A stretch of DNA of 64,000 nucleotides from Candidatus Omnitrophota bacterium (GTDB lineage: Bacteria; Omnitrophota; Gorgyraeia; Duberdicusellales; 4484-171): contig WJJJ01000013.1 in NCBI GenBank assembly GCA_014729775.1, positions 2,947-66,946 on the forward strand, read 5' to 3'. Of the stretch, positions 8,825 through 18,682 are shown piece after piece. The translations under genes and the position numbers were made by a program. A model generated the notes under the pieces. It ran no database searches. It was not told the origin of the DNA and saw only the letters and a program-made list of their open reading frames with translations. Position 1 is the stretch's first letter, and each line of letters starts with the position of its first letter.

Positions 8825-10903
8825 ATGGAAATAGTGTACACCGGTCTCCACAGTCTGAACGTGACCCTTCTGCTGTTTTTTGCGGTGCGGCTGCTGCGCA
8901 GAAAACATATTGTGAATCTGCTCGCGGGATTGAGCGTGAGCGCGCTGGCGGTGTATGAGGCGGGCAACGCTTTGTTGTCCGCCGGAGTCGCGGCATCGGC
9001 GCGGGTGATCGGCGCCGGGTTCTGTCTCGCGCCGGTGATGTGGATGGTATTGAGCGTGTCATTGCTTCCGCCCCGGTCGTCGCGCTGGAACCGGGTGATC
9101 CTTACGCCGGTGTTTGTGGTCTTATCGCTGGTATTCTTCCTGGTATGGTGGATCAATCCCTTTGTGCGCGCGGCTCATTTTACCGGCGGGGCCGAGTTGG
9201 CTCTGACCGCACGGTATTTCTTTGTACTGGTGGTATTTGACTGTATTCTGGCCTTGTCGAATTTGGAACGGGCTTGGTATTACCGCAAGGATCCGCTCAC
9301 GCGCCGGGTGCTGCTGAGCGGATTCCTTTTTTTAGTTCCCTTCGTTTTTATCTCCACCTACGCGGTGTTTCTTTCGAAGATGCACGTGAGCGGCCTGGCC
9401 TATTCCGCGGGAGCGGTGCTCATCGGCTGCGGAACGTTCTGGCCGCTTGCCCGCAGGGGATTCGGCCTGGCGGAAGTCAAAGAGGACGTGGCGGTAAATA
9501 CGTCGATGACGCTGTTTCTGCTCGGCGGATATTTGTTTCTCATCGGCGCCTTCGTGAAGCTGTTTCAGTGGTTCGGCTGGAATCTGAGCACGCTGTTCTC
9601 TTTCCTGACTACCGGGTTTGTTCTGCTGGCGCTGATGCTTCTTCTTTTTTCTCCCACGGTGAAACAGCGGCTCAAAACCGTGATGATGAGACACTTTACC
9701 CGGCAGAAGTACGACTGGCAGAAACTGTGGGAGGATTTCACCTACCGGATCTCCCTGGTGACGGATATCGAAGAACTGAAACAGAAGATCGGCGGCGCCT
9801 TGCAGAGGATCATGGGCGCCGACGAGGCGAGGATAGTATTGTTTGAGGAACGGGGCCCGTTTGAGCCGGAGTTCGAAGACTGGATGCTGCGCCGCGCCGG
9901 CGCGTTCGGCATGCGTGAGGTGCAGACGGAGGCGATGAAGAAGAAATATCCCCGTGCCTGTGCCTACCTGGAAGCCAGCGGCGCGGAGATGGCCGCGCCG
10001 CTCTACGGCGACAAAAAGGTCATCGGATTGATTTTTCTTTCGTTCCGCGGGGAACGGTTCGTGGACCGGGAACTGCTCAAGCTGATCACTTTGCAGGCTT
10101 CGGGAGTGATCGTCAACTGCTGGGCGTACCGCGCTCTGCAGGAGGCGGAAAAGAAAGAGTCCTTATATAAGGTATCGTCGTTCGTGATCCATGATGTGAA
10201 AAATTACATCAATCATCTTTCACTGCTGGTGTCCAACAGGGACAAGTTCGGCCGAAAAGACTTTCAGGAGGACGCGTTGTTTACCATTGAGAGTACCATC
10301 GTAAAGATGCAGAAGTTGATCGATGAGTTCCGTACTTTACGGGGCGAGGTGAGCGTGCGCAGCCGCGCATGCGCGGTTGCCGGGGTAGTGAACGGGGTGC
10401 TGAAAGAAATGGGAGAGACGCGTCTGCGTGGGGTGGACGTAAGAAACGAAGTGCCGGCGGATATCGTCGTGGTGAGCGATCCCGACCATCTGTATAAGAC
10501 GGTTCTCAATGTTGCGCTCAACGCGGTGGAGGCGATGCAAGGACGGGGGCGGCTTGAGTTCCATGCGGAAGAAAAAGAAAACCAGGGGATTCTTGAGGTG
10601 CGGGATACCGGCCCGGGGATGACGCAGGATTTTCTTGAAACGAAACTGTTCACGCCGTTCAGTTCGACCAAATCCAAGGGACTGGGGATCGGGCTGTATC
10701 AGTGCAAAACGATCATAGAAGCCAATCATGGCCGTATTGAGGCCGAAAGTACTCCCGGGGAAGGGACGGTATTTCGGATTGCCCTGCCGGCGGCGGGAAG
10801 GGGGCCGGCCGTGCCGGGCGATGAGAGGAACGTAGGAAAAGACACGACAGAGAAAGGATCCGAGTATGAGCAAGAACGAACAGGAACCACAGATCACGGC
10901 TGA
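8825..10903 (+). CDS. prsK: PEP-CTERM system sensor histidine kinase PrsK-like (N-terminal polytopic domain + GAF-like + HisKA/HATPase_c)
   Basis: ~8 TM helices N-terminal, then HDVKN H-box and GPGM...GLGIGLY ATPase motifs; sits immediately upstream of a sigma-54 regulator in an exosortase locus. Confidence 0.75.
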   Translation: MEIVYTGLHSLNVTLLLFFAVRLLRRKHIVNLLAGLSVSALAVYEAGNALLSAGVAASARVIGAGFCLAPVMWMVLSVSLLPPRSSRWNRVILTPVFVVLSLVFFLVWWINPFVRAAHFTGGAELALTARYFFVLVVFDCILALSNLERAWYYRKDPLTRRVLLSGFLFLVPFVFISTYAVFLSKMHVSGLAYSAGAVLIGCGTFWPLARRGFGLAEVKEDVAVNTSMTLFLLGGYLFLIGAFVKLFQWFGWNLSTLFSFLTTGFVLLALMLLLFSPTVKQRLKTVMMRHFTRQKYDWQKLWEDFTYRISLVTDIEELKQKIGGALQRIMGADEARIVLFEERGPFEPEFEDWMLRRAGAFGMREVQTEAMKKKYPRACAYLEASGAEMAAPLYGDKKVIGLIFLSFRGERFVDRELLKLITLQASGVIVNCWAYRALQEAEKKESLYKVSSFVIHDVKNYINHLSLLVSNRDKFGRKDFQEDALFTIESTIVKMQKLIDEFRTLRGEVSVRSRACAVAGVVNGVLKEMGETRLRGVDVRNEVPADIVVVSDPDHLYKTVLNVALNAVEAMQGRGRLEFHAEEKENQGILEVRDTGPGMTQDFLETKLFTPFSSTKSKGLGIGLYQCKTIIEANHGRIEAESTPGEGTVFRIALPAAGRGPAVPGDERNVGKDTTEKGSEYEQERTGTTDHG

Positions 10904-12278
10904 ATCTGTTGCGCCTAAAATGAAACTGCTGCTGGTAGATGACGACGAGGGAGTTTTGCGTCAGCTTAAGTGGGCGCTGGCTGAGGAATACGAGGTATAT
11001 ACCGCGGCCACCAAAGACGATGCCCTGCGGCTGCTGCGGGAGGGGCATCCGGAGCTGGTGACACTGGATATCGATTTGAGCGGACGTCCCACCTTTTCCA
11101 AGGACGGGATCGATATCCTGGAGGAAATAAAAGTGCAAGATCCTTATACCAAGGTGATCATGATCACGGGCAACGACGCCAAGGATCTGGCGATTGAATG
11201 TATCGGCAAGGGAGCGTTCGATTATTACGTCAAGCCTGTGAACGTCGACGATTTGAAAGTAATGCTGAAACGGGCGCAGTACATTCAGGAGCTGGAGCGG
11301 GAGAACCGGCGGCTGAGCCGGGAACTGCATGAATCGGCCCGGTTCGAAGAAATGATCGGTGATTCCGAAAAAATGCGTGAGGTGTTCTCTCTGATCCGGC
11401 GCGTCGCTCCGGCAGATGCGACCGTACTGATCACGGGGGAGAGCGGTACGGGGAAGGAGCTCGCGGCGCGGGCGATCCATTACTCCAGCGCGCGTAAAGA
11501 ACGTCCCTTTATCGTGATCAACTGCGGCGCGATCCCCGAAAATCTTCTGGAAAGTGAGCTCTTCGGCCATGAAAAAGGCTCATTCACCGATGCGCATGCC
11601 CGGCGGGTGGGGAAACTGGAAGTGGCCGGTAAAGGCACGGTGTTTCTGGATGAGATCGGCGAGATGAGTCTGAACCTTCAGGTGAAAATATTGAGATTCC
11701 TGCAGGAACGGGTGATCGAACGCGTCGGAGGCAACAAGCCGCTCGAACTCGACGTGCGGGTCATCGCCGCGACCAACAGCGATTTGACCAAAAAGATCAA
11801 GGAAGGAAAGTTCCGGGAAGATTTATATTACCGGTTAAGCGTGATCAATCTTCTTCTGCCGCCTCTGCGCGAACGCGGAGAGGACGTGCTGCTGCTGGCG
11901 AGTTTTTTCCTGCAGAAGTTTATGAAGGACGGCGCGGGCAAGGAACTTCGCGGGTTTACCAAAGAAGCGAAAGACAGACTGCGTACCTATCACTGGCCGG
12001 GGAATGTGCGGGAAATGGAAAATCGTATCCGGCGGGCGGTGATCCTGGCCGACAGTCCTTTGATTTCCCCCGCGCATCTGGGCTTCCATCCCGACTCCCG
12101 CGAAGAAGACAGGCTCAGTAAATTTTCGCTGAGGGATGTCCGCCAGCAGGCCGAGACAAAAGTGATCGTCCGGGCCCTGCAGGAATGCAGGGGGAATGTG
12201 AGTCTTGCCGCGAAAATGCTCGGGATCACCCGTCCTACTCTTTACGATCTCATCAAAAAATACGATATTGAACTGTGA
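10866..12278 (+). CDS. prsR: sigma-54-dependent response regulator PrsR-like (REC + AAA+ sigma-54 activator + Fis-type HTH)
   Basis: [10 protein letters not shown]...D receiver, GESGTGKE Walker A, GAFTGA-type [15 protein letters not shown] loop, C-terminal HTH; 38-bp overlap with prsK. Confidence 0.85.
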   Translation: MSKNEQEPQITAESVAPKMKLLLVDDDEGVLRQLKWALAEEYEVYTAATKDDALRLLREGHPELVTLDIDLSGRPTFSKDGIDILEEIKVQDPYTKVIMITGNDAKDLAIECIGKGAFDYYVKPVNVDDLKVMLKRAQYIQELERENRRLSRELHESARFEEMIGDSEKMREVFSLIRRVAPADATVLITGESGTGKELAARAIHYSSARKERPFIVINCGAIPENLLESELFGHEKGSFTDAHARRVGKLEVAGKGTVFLDEIGEMSLNLQVKILRFLQERVIERVGGNKPLELDVRVIAATNSDLTKKIKEGKFREDLYYRLSVINLLLPPLRERGEDVLLLASFFLQKFMKDGAGKELRGFTKEAKDRLRTYHWPGNVREMENRIRRAVILADSPLISPAHLGFHPDSREEDRLSKFSLRDVRQQAETKVIVRALQECRGNVSLAAKMLGITRPTLYDLIKKYDIEL

Positions 12279-12383
12279 ATGTTCTGTCGGGGATCTTTAC
12301 ACAGCGACGAATAATTTAACAGCCCGCAGATCTTTTTCGGGATACCTTTCTTTCCAGCCTTGATATTTTTCTCCCGGGTGAAT

Positions 12384-12399
12384 TGGCATGACTTTTGCT
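12384..12399 (+). promoter_or_regulatory. sigma-54 (-24/-12) promoter TGGCATG-N4-TTGCT
   Basis: tTGGCATgacttTTGCTa; GG at 12385-86, GC at 12397-98, 10-nt spacing; ~65 nt upstream of PEP-CTERM gene start 12463. Confidence 0.7.
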
Positions 12400-12462
12400 A
12401 TTGCTTAATCGAAGATCCACGAATGAAAAGAACGATGACATATGAAGAGAATGGAGGGATTG

Positions 12463-13248
12463 ATGAAAACAATGAAAATACTGGTATTGAGTGTGCTCAT
12501 GACCGCGTTGACGGCCGGGTCTTCGTTTGCCTATTTGATTGACGGAGATCCCAGCGACTGGGGGATTACGCCCTTTACGGACTGGACTCCGGACAGCTGG
12601 ACCGCTGACTGGACGGAACAGGACAACTGGAATCCGCAGGAACCCGTGCAGGGGGCTGATTACGATTCCGATCCGTTTAACGAGCGGTGGGACCTGGAAG
12701 CGATGTATTTCGACGATGACGATGATTATTTTTATTTCGGCATCGTGACCTCGAATCCGTATGAACACAACTGGGCCAAAGAGGATCTGGCGATCGATCT
12801 GGACGGAGACGATTTCCCGGAATACGGGCTGGACGTAGCCAATCTGGAAGGCGATCAGCTGGAAATGAGAGGTGTCTATTCGGTCGAGGACTGGCGTGAA
12901 TTGCGCGACGTTCCCTACCGTATCGATGAGGGTGATCAGATCGGCCAGTACCAGATCTATCAGAAGTACCTCGGCGATATCGAGCCGGATCTCGGTCAGC
13001 CGGGCGGATACTACGGGCATACCTATTTTCTGGAGATGAAGGTGAACCGGGCGCTGTTCGGGAATATTCCCTGCGGTACGCCGATCAATATTTTGTTTTC
13101 GCGGGTGACCTGCTTGAAGGACTGGTTTATGGTCAACGGCTGTACCAACGGCAATTGTCCTCCGGGAGTCATTCCCGAACCGGCGACATTGTTCTTGCTG
13201 GGCGCAGGTCTTTTCGGCATAGCCGGATCCCGCCGCAGAAAAAAATAA
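12463..13248 (+). CDS. PEP-CTERM sorting-domain protein (secreted, D/E/W-rich)
   Basis: Signal peptide MKTMKILVLSVLMTALTAGSSFA; C-terminus VIPEPATLFLLGAGLFGIAGSRRRKK (PEP motif + TM + basic tail). Confidence 0.85.
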   Translation: MKTMKILVLSVLMTALTAGSSFAYLIDGDPSDWGITPFTDWTPDSWTADWTEQDNWNPQEPVQGADYDSDPFNERWDLEAMYFDDDDDYFYFGIVTSNPYEHNWAKEDLAIDLDGDDFPEYGLDVANLEGDQLEMRGVYSVEDWRELRDVPYRIDEGDQIGQYQIYQKYLGDIEPDLGQPGGYYGHTYFLEMKVNRALFGNIPCGTPINILFSRVTCLKDWFMVNGCTNGNCPPGVIPEPATLFLLGAGLFGIAGSRRRKK

Positions 13249-13299
13249 CCGCATTCCTTGTAGTACCTTTCTTTACGGCAGGGTGTATTGAGTGATACA

Positions 13300-13333
13300 A
13301 CGCAGGGGTTCCCCACCCCTGCGTCTTCATTTT
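13300..13333 (+). terminator. rho-independent terminator
   Basis: ACGCAGGGG-ttcccca-CCCCTGCGT stem-loop followed by cttcatttt. Confidence 0.6.
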
Positions 13334-13514
13334 CCCGGCCGGAATCCCTTGTGTGACTGCGTGAGAAAAGGCGGCGCGCGGCTCTTTTCCGGTGTCGGTT
13401 TTTTTTACGATGTCACGCAATTTTACAGTCATTCCGCCAGGGGGAGGATTCCGAGGCAAGAAGATTGAGGGGATTCTCTTTCCTTAGGGGGGGCGGGGGT
13501 AAAAAAGTCAATTT

Positions 13515-13530
13515 TGGCATGGATGTTGCT
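13515..13530 (+). promoter_or_regulatory. sigma-54 (-24/-12) promoter TGGCATG-N4-TTGCT
   Basis: tTGGCATggatgTTGCTa; GG 13516-17, GC 13528-29, 10-nt spacing; ~60 nt upstream of start 13590. Confidence 0.7.
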
Positions 13531-13589
13531 ACAGACTTATAAAGACTAATCATAAGAGAATGGCGGTTGAGGGAAAAGGAGGCATAATT

Positions 13590-14336
13590 ATGAAGAAGGT
13601 AGTGAGTTTGGTGTGCGCGGTACTCGTAGGGATGATGGTTCAGGGGGTGGCTGAAGCATACACGACTTCGCTCACATTCAGCGGGAGCGCGCTATATGAC
13701 CTGGAGAATCCCGTATATTTTACGGAAGAGATGGTGCCGGATGCTGATACCCGGGAATTTTTGAACGGAGAAGATCCGTTTACCGGCGTGGGCGTAATAG
13801 ATTATACGATTGATTGGGATCTGCCGGAGTGGGATGAGCCGCGGTATTGGTCGGTTGATGCCAGCGCGAGTCTCTACGGTGAATACGTCGACGGCAGCGG
13901 AACGCATCATCCGGACATGGATCTGCATTGGTCCTCCGGCACGGCGTATATGGGACATTTTTCCCTGCAGACTTTGTTCGGGGGAATGACCGAAGATCAG
14001 GTAGTGAATCAAATCGTGGCAATGCTGGATCCGTATTACAGCGGAGATCTCGGCGGATACGCCGTACTCGAAGAGGGATTGGGCGGCATCGCGTTGGTCG
14101 GTGACTTGAATGCCGGGACGATTTACCTCGGTACCCTTGAGGATATTGACAGCGTACTGTTTCAGTTGAACGAAGATTATGACGGTTCCATGGACGTGAC
14201 CTCCGCGGATGTGACGTTCAGCGGTCAGGTGAACGCGACTGCCGCGGCTACGCCGGAACCGACGACCGTCTTCATGCTGTTGTCCGGATTGTGCGGACTG
14301 GCCGGGGTCGGTTTTAAAAAGAAACAGAAGGAGTGA
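13590..14336 (+). CDS. PEP-CTERM sorting-domain protein
   Basis: RBS GGAGG + ATG 13590; signal peptide MKKVVSLVCAVLVGMMVQGVAEA; C-terminus ATPEPTTVFMLLSGLCGLAGVGFKKKQKE. Confidence 0.85.
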   Translation: MKKVVSLVCAVLVGMMVQGVAEAYTTSLTFSGSALYDLENPVYFTEEMVPDADTREFLNGEDPFTGVGVIDYTIDWDLPEWDEPRYWSVDASASLYGEYVDGSGTHHPDMDLHWSSGTAYMGHFSLQTLFGGMTEDQVVNQIVAMLDPYYSGDLGGYAVLEEGLGGIALVGDLNAGTIYLGTLEDIDSVLFQLNEDYDGSMDVTSADVTFSGQVNATAAATPEPTTVFMLLSGLCGLAGVGFKKKQKE

Positions 14337-15010
14337 GAGCGGTGAGGAAGACTGTATTATTTTTGATCGGCGCATTAGTGATATCTTTTCCGGCGTACGC
14401 GATTACCTGGCTGACGCCCAATCTGGTGGTGAATCCGGGCGCGGAGACTGGTGATACCTCCGGCTGGGAAGTGTACGGTCCGGCGTACGCGACGACCAGC
14501 CAGTCCCAGAGTACCGGGACGGTCCTGCCTCATTCCGGCGATTATTTCTTTTCCTATGCGCAGAACGCGGCTTCGGATGCGGTTTTAGTCCAGTACGCGG
14601 ATGTGTCGACTTTTGCCGGTTTGATTGATTCCGGCCAGGCATATGTGCAGGCTGGGTTTTGGTACCAAACTGAAGAATATCAAGGTTCGAGCGATGAGGC
14701 GTTCGGTTCGCTGGGTTTTTTTGAAGGGGACAGCAGCGATATGCCGTTTGACGTGCTCACATCCGATCCGCTGGTGTCATCGAGTTGGGCGTACACGGAG
14801 GTGATGGAGTTGATCCCTGCCGGTACCCGGACTATAGGATTGGCAATGATTGGAGAGCTTGAGTCCGGCTCGTACGTGAACGCGTTCTTTGACGACGCGC
14901 AGCTGCGGGTCGGCACTGAAACCGTTATTCCCGAACCGGCAACCCTGCTGCTGCTTGGTAGCGGCCTGCTGGGGCTGGGCGGGACGCGGCTGCGGCGCAG
15001 AAAAAGATAA
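14333..15010 (+). CDS. PEP-CTERM sorting-domain protein
   Basis: GTG start (14333 or 14342) overlapping upstream stop; signal peptide; C-terminus IPEPATLLLLGSGLLGLGGTRLRRRKR. Confidence 0.8.
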   Translation: MRAVRKTVLFLIGALVISFPAYAITWLTPNLVVNPGAETGDTSGWEVYGPAYATTSQSQSTGTVLPHSGDYFFSYAQNAASDAVLVQYADVSTFAGLIDSGQAYVQAGFWYQTEEYQGSSDEAFGSLGFFEGDSSDMPFDVLTSDPLVSSSWAYTEVMELIPAGTRTIGLAMIGELESGSYVNAFFDDAQLRVGTETVIPEPATLLLLGSGLLGLGGTRLRRRKR

Positions 15011-15066
15011 ACTGTCTGTAGTGCGTTCAGTGAGGAGTGACATTTTTTGAGGAGAGAGGAGTTGGC

Positions 15067-15780
15067 ATGAAGAAGTATGTGTGTCTTGTTTCGTTGTTAA
15101 TGCTGATGATGTACACCCCGGGTGCGTACGCGCTCGTGACCAATATTTCGCTTGATCCGGTTGATTGGGAAGTGGTGCCCGGATCTCAGACGATTAATTC
15201 CTCTCTAAGTAATCCGTCGCCGGATATGCTGCGGATCCAGAAAAGTTCCGCAAATCCAGGCAGCGGGCTGGGCGCATTCTATCAGACGACAGATAGGTAC
15301 GATTTCACTGACGCGATACTCCAGTACCAATGGCGATTCAACGGCCAGGGATCTTATGGGAACGTGTCGATCGGGCCTCGCCCATGGCCGGAAGGTTCAG
15401 GGGTCGGCGGCCGCTTTACCAGCGGCTGGTCTTTTGCGGGGAGTACGCTCATCACTTCCAATCAGTGGTATTATACTCAGTTGATTATTCATGACGATTT
15501 ATCCTATAGTTACGATATCAGCGCGTTGGGATACGGAGAAGGCGGTTTTGTGTCATCGACCGGGTCGCTTTCTTCTGCCCAGTACGATTCTCTTCAGGAC
15601 GGGATCTTTCGCGTGAACATATTTGACAACTGGGCGGCGAATCAATACGTGGATATCACCGATGCGACAATCGAAAGCGAGGGCGGTCCGCAGGGCCCGA
15701 TTCCCGAACCGGCAACCCTGCTGCTGCTTGGTAGCGGCCTGCTGGGGCTGGGCGGGAAGCGGCTGCGGCGCAGAAAATGA
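15067..15780 (+). CDS. PEP-CTERM sorting-domain protein
   Basis: RBS GGAG + ATG 15067; signal peptide MKKYVCLVSLLMLMMYTPGAYA; C-terminus IPEPATLLLLGSGLLGLGGKRLRRRK. Confidence 0.85.
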   Translation: MKKYVCLVSLLMLMMYTPGAYALVTNISLDPVDWEVVPGSQTINSSLSNPSPDMLRIQKSSANPGSGLGAFYQTTDRYDFTDAILQYQWRFNGQGSYGNVSIGPRPWPEGSGVGGRFTSGWSFAGSTLITSNQWYYTQLIIHDDLSYSYDISALGYGEGGFVSSTGSLSSAQYDSLQDGIFRVNIFDNWAANQYVDITDATIESEGGPQGPIPEPATLLLLGSGLLGLGGKRLRRRK

Positions 15781-15808
15781 CATTTGAGGCAAAAGGAAAG
15801 GATTTCGC

Positions 15809-16447
15809 ATGAAAGTTCTTATTTTAATCGCACTCACCGTGGGGATTATGTGTACTTCCGGTCAGGCGGCCGAAGCATTGATGATCCCTGAAGTTGAACC
15901 GAACGATTCATTCGCGGATGCAATGAATCTGGATCCCTATTTTTCCGTCGGGGCCAATTCCGATATCGTTGATTCGGCAACCGTGCCCTGGGTTTCAGTG
16001 AGCGGGACCGGGAACGATACTTACGATTACTATTCGTTCACCGTTCCCTTCGCCGGGTCGCAGGGGATTTTTGAAATTGACTATGGGTATGGGGTCGGCG
16101 GAAGTATTGATCCGATACTCCTGCTCTACGCGTCGCCGTACAACCAGCTTGACGGTGACGACGATTCCAATCCGGCATGGGGTGCCGGCGGCAGTACCTC
16201 CTGGTTGGATTCGTATTTACCGCATGGCGGCGGGTGGTATACCTTTCATTCTCCCGGGCTGTATTATCTGCGGGTGAGTGAATGGTCGAGAGGACCGGTG
16301 CGTCCCGGCGGAACGTATACCCTGCAGGCATCAGTGAGCGGGCATAGCACGGATACGGTGATCCCCGAGCCGGCGACCCTGCTGCTGTTGGGCAGCGGCT
16401 TGCTCGGCGTGGGCGGATTCAAGCTTCGCCGCAGGAAAACAGCGTAA
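15809..16447 (+). CDS. PEP-CTERM sorting-domain protein
   Basis: Signal peptide MKVLILIALTVGIMCTSGQAAEA; C-terminus VIPEPATLLLLGSGLLGVGGFKLRRRKTA. Confidence 0.85.
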   Translation: MKVLILIALTVGIMCTSGQAAEALMIPEVEPNDSFADAMNLDPYFSVGANSDIVDSATVPWVSVSGTGNDTYDYYSFTVPFAGSQGIFEIDYGYGVGGSIDPILLLYASPYNQLDGDDDSNPAWGAGGSTSWLDSYLPHGGGWYTFHSPGLYYLRVSEWSRGPVRPGGTYTLQASVSGHSTDTVIPEPATLLLLGSGLLGVGGFKLRRRKTA

Positions 16448-16591
16448 GTGTCGGTATCTTTGACAAAGTCGGATATGTTAACAACGCTTTCGGCGAAAGA
16501 GAGAGGCGAGAGCCTTACAGAGGGAGTTATGACCAGAAATAAGGCAAAATCAGGCCGAAAGAGAAGTTTTTTTGCATTGACGGCTACTTTT

Positions 16592-16607
16592 TGGCACAGG
16601 AATTGCT
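16592..16607 (+). promoter_or_regulatory. sigma-54 (-24/-12) promoter TGGCACA-N4-TTGCT
   Basis: tTGGCACaggaaTTGCTt; GG 16593-94, GC 16605-06, 10-nt spacing; ~75 nt upstream of ATG 16682. Confidence 0.75.
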
Positions 16608-16681
16608 TTAATATCAGGTGGAACGTGGGAACACAAATGAATAGCTTGAAACGGAAGAGAGCAGAACAAGGAGGAATAGCG

Positions 16682-17575
16682 ATGAAAAGAGTTTTAGGAG
16701 TAGCAGCATTGGGGATTTTACTTACGGTGTGCGGCAACGCGTTTGCGTTTCACGCCAGTAACATTCAGTTTGATCTGACGCCGGCCGGTATTACCGGGAC
16801 CACTCCTGACGGTGATAATGTAACCGGTTTTTTCAATCAGTTGCAGACATATATGCAGACGTCATCTTACGTGACGGATAACGGAGACGGGTTGCCGTCT
16901 GTAGGAGATACGTTTGTGGATGTGGGTGATTTGAATGTGACCGCGTTGCTTGGTGGCGGGTCACTGTTGGATACCGAAGGGTTGAACACGCCGACGCTCG
17001 GGTATGAAATTACCGGTCGCTGGGATGATTTGACCGGCGGAATCGTGGATGCGTCGGTATCCGGTGGGGGAACAACGACCCTTTTGTATGATTACACCGG
17101 CGGAACGCTGAATATGTACGCGGACCAGCCGCCCAACCAGACTTACAACAGCGGTATTGGCTCCAACGATGACAATCCGGCAACGTTCACCGACGGGTCG
17201 TTGATCGGTACCCTTCAGCTTGTGAGCGGAAGCGGTTCGTTGATTGTTGACGCGGCCGGCAATCCTATTCAGGGCGCGACTACCCTTTCCTGGAGATTTA
17301 CCAATATGCTTCCCGGGTTTTGGCTGGATGCGGCCGGTAATGATCTGAGCACTTACGTGTTTACTGTAGGTTGGGAAGTACAGGCGCTGTCCGGCTCGGA
17401 TACTCATGGGGAGACGTTGATTCTTACCGATAACGGTGACGGTACCTATCGTGTTGACTCAGATCATGACGGTTCCGTAAGTGTGGGCGTGATTCCGGAA
17501 CCGGCGTCTCTGCTTCTTTTGGGCGGCGGATTGTTTGGGTTAGCCGGCATTGGTATTCGCAAGAAAAAGAAATAA
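16682..17575 (+). CDS. PEP-CTERM sorting-domain protein (G/T/D-rich)
   Basis: RBS GGAGG 16670-74 + ATG 16682; signal peptide MKRVLGVAALGILLTVCGNAFA; C-terminus VIPEPASLLLLGGGLFGLAGIGIRKKKK; the listed ORF 16448.. is an in-frame upstream extension without RBS. Confidence 0.85.
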   Translation: MKRVLGVAALGILLTVCGNAFAFHASNIQFDLTPAGITGTTPDGDNVTGFFNQLQTYMQTSSYVTDNGDGLPSVGDTFVDVGDLNVTALLGGGSLLDTEGLNTPTLGYEITGRWDDLTGGIVDASVSGGGTTTLLYDYTGGTLNMYADQPPNQTYNSGIGSNDDNPATFTDGSLIGTLQLVSGSGSLIVDAAGNPIQGATTLSWRFTNMLPGFWLDAAGNDLSTYVFTVGWEVQALSGSDTHGETLILTDNGDGTYRVDSDHDGSVSVGVIPEPASLLLLGGGLFGLAGIGIRKKKK

Positions 17576-17603
17576 ACCTTTTGGCGGATTGTACAAGGTT
17601 CAA

Positions 17604-17640
17604 AAGAGGCAGGGATAATTCCCTGCCTCTTTCTTTTTTT
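17604..17640 (+). terminator. rho-independent terminator
   Basis: AAGAGGCAGGG-ataatt-CCCTGCCTCTT followed by T9 run. Confidence 0.8.
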
Positions 17641-17651
17641 AGACCGTAATC

Positions 17652-18512
17652 ATGAAAAAAGCCGTATCTATCCTACTTGCCGGGATTTTGACCGCCTCCG
17701 GTATCTCTTCTGCTTCGGCGGCGGTGGTGTATCTGTCCTCAACACGTCAGATTGATCTCGGCGGGGTGACTTCGGAAATGTATCAGGTGCTGAAGTATGA
17801 TACTTTCAGCGGCGAAGCCTCGCTGTTTTTCGATGAATTCGATCCGCTCAATGTCCTGACCGGAAGAGATAAGCAGATCGACGCTCTGCACGTACTCGAT
17901 GAGGATAATATTATCCTTTCTACCACCCGTGATGTGCGCTTCAGCGAAGAGGAGGACGAGCCGTGGTTTAAGGACGGCGATGTGTTTAGATACACCTTTT
18001 CTACCGGGACGGCGGTCCTGCTGTTCAGCCAGGAGCATTTCACCGATGCCCGGGAAGATATCAATGCGTTGCAGTATATTGACGAGGACACGCTGTTACT
18101 GTCCGTGCGGGGCAATGCTGAGCTCGGCGGCTTATCTTTTCGCGACGGTGACGTGGTGCGCTATACTCTTTCCACCGATACTGCCGAATTGTTTTTCAAC
18201 GAAGACAGTTTTTTGGGCAACGAGGACATTGACGCGTTCTCTATGATAGACGAACAGAACATCCTGTTATCCACGCAGGCAAGCGCGACGCTCGGTGATC
18301 TTGTGTTCCGGGACGGAGACATTATCCAGTATAACTTGATCACGGGACAGGCGAGTCTGTTCTTAAGCGAAGATTTGATATCTTCGCCGGTGGATGTCGA
18401 CATTGACGCCTTTCACTTCGTGGCCGGTACCCCGGTGATCCCCGAACCGGCGACATTTCTGTTGTTCCTTTTCGGTCTTTTTCCCCTTTTCCGCTGCCGT
18501 TGCCGCGGGTAA
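17652..18512 (+). CDS. PEP-CTERM-like sorting-domain protein with divergent C-terminal tail and internal triple repeat
   Basis: Signal peptide; three ~45-aa repeats (DGDVFRYTFSTGTAVLLFSQEHF / DGDVVRYTLSTDTAELFFNEDSF / DGDIIQYNLITGQASLFLSEDL); C-terminus VIPEPATFLLFLFGLFPLFRCRCRG. Confidence 0.75.
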   Translation: MKKAVSILLAGILTASGISSASAAVVYLSSTRQIDLGGVTSEMYQVLKYDTFSGEASLFFDEFDPLNVLTGRDKQIDALHVLDEDNIILSTTRDVRFSEEEDEPWFKDGDVFRYTFSTGTAVLLFSQEHFTDAREDINALQYIDEDTLLLSVRGNAELGGLSFRDGDVVRYTLSTDTAELFFNEDSFLGNEDIDAFSMIDEQNILLSTQASATLGDLVFRDGDIIQYNLITGQASLFLSEDLISSPVDVDIDAFHFVAGTPVIPEPATFLLFLFGLFPLFRCRCRG

Positions 18513-18583
18513 CCATCCCGTTCTACTTATTTCCCAATCTCGACTTCCCCCGTACCCTTTCTCCTGCCCGCTTCTTACCCACT

Positions 18584-18682
18584 GTTAACTTCGTAGGTTA
18601 ACCGCATAGCCAAAAAAGCATTGATTCTGTTGACTTTGGTTAACTTCGTAGGTTAACACGGGGGGAGGTTAACACGGGGGGG
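18584..18682. repeat. REP-like GTAG-containing palindromic repeats (GTTAAC-ttcGTAG-GTTAAC x2 plus GGTTAACACGGGGG x2)
   Basis: Exact 19-bp copies at 18584-18602 and 18639-18657; half-copies at 18651-18664 and 18667-18682; immediately upstream of an IS200/RAYT-type transposase gene. Confidence 0.55.

Noticed and set aside
15055-15069. TGGCAT immediately before the start codon of the PEP-CTERM gene at 15067 as a possible fifth sigma-54 element
   Set aside because: It overlaps the RBS and start codon (gagttggcATGaag) and lacks a downstream TTGC at the correct spacing; this gene is more likely co-transcribed from the promoter at 13515.
16448-16681. Long N-terminal extension of the PEP-CTERM gene as listed (start 16448)
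   Set aside because: The extension has no RBS and would place the sigma-54 promoter inside the CDS; ATG 16682 has a GGAGG RBS and starts a canonical signal peptide.
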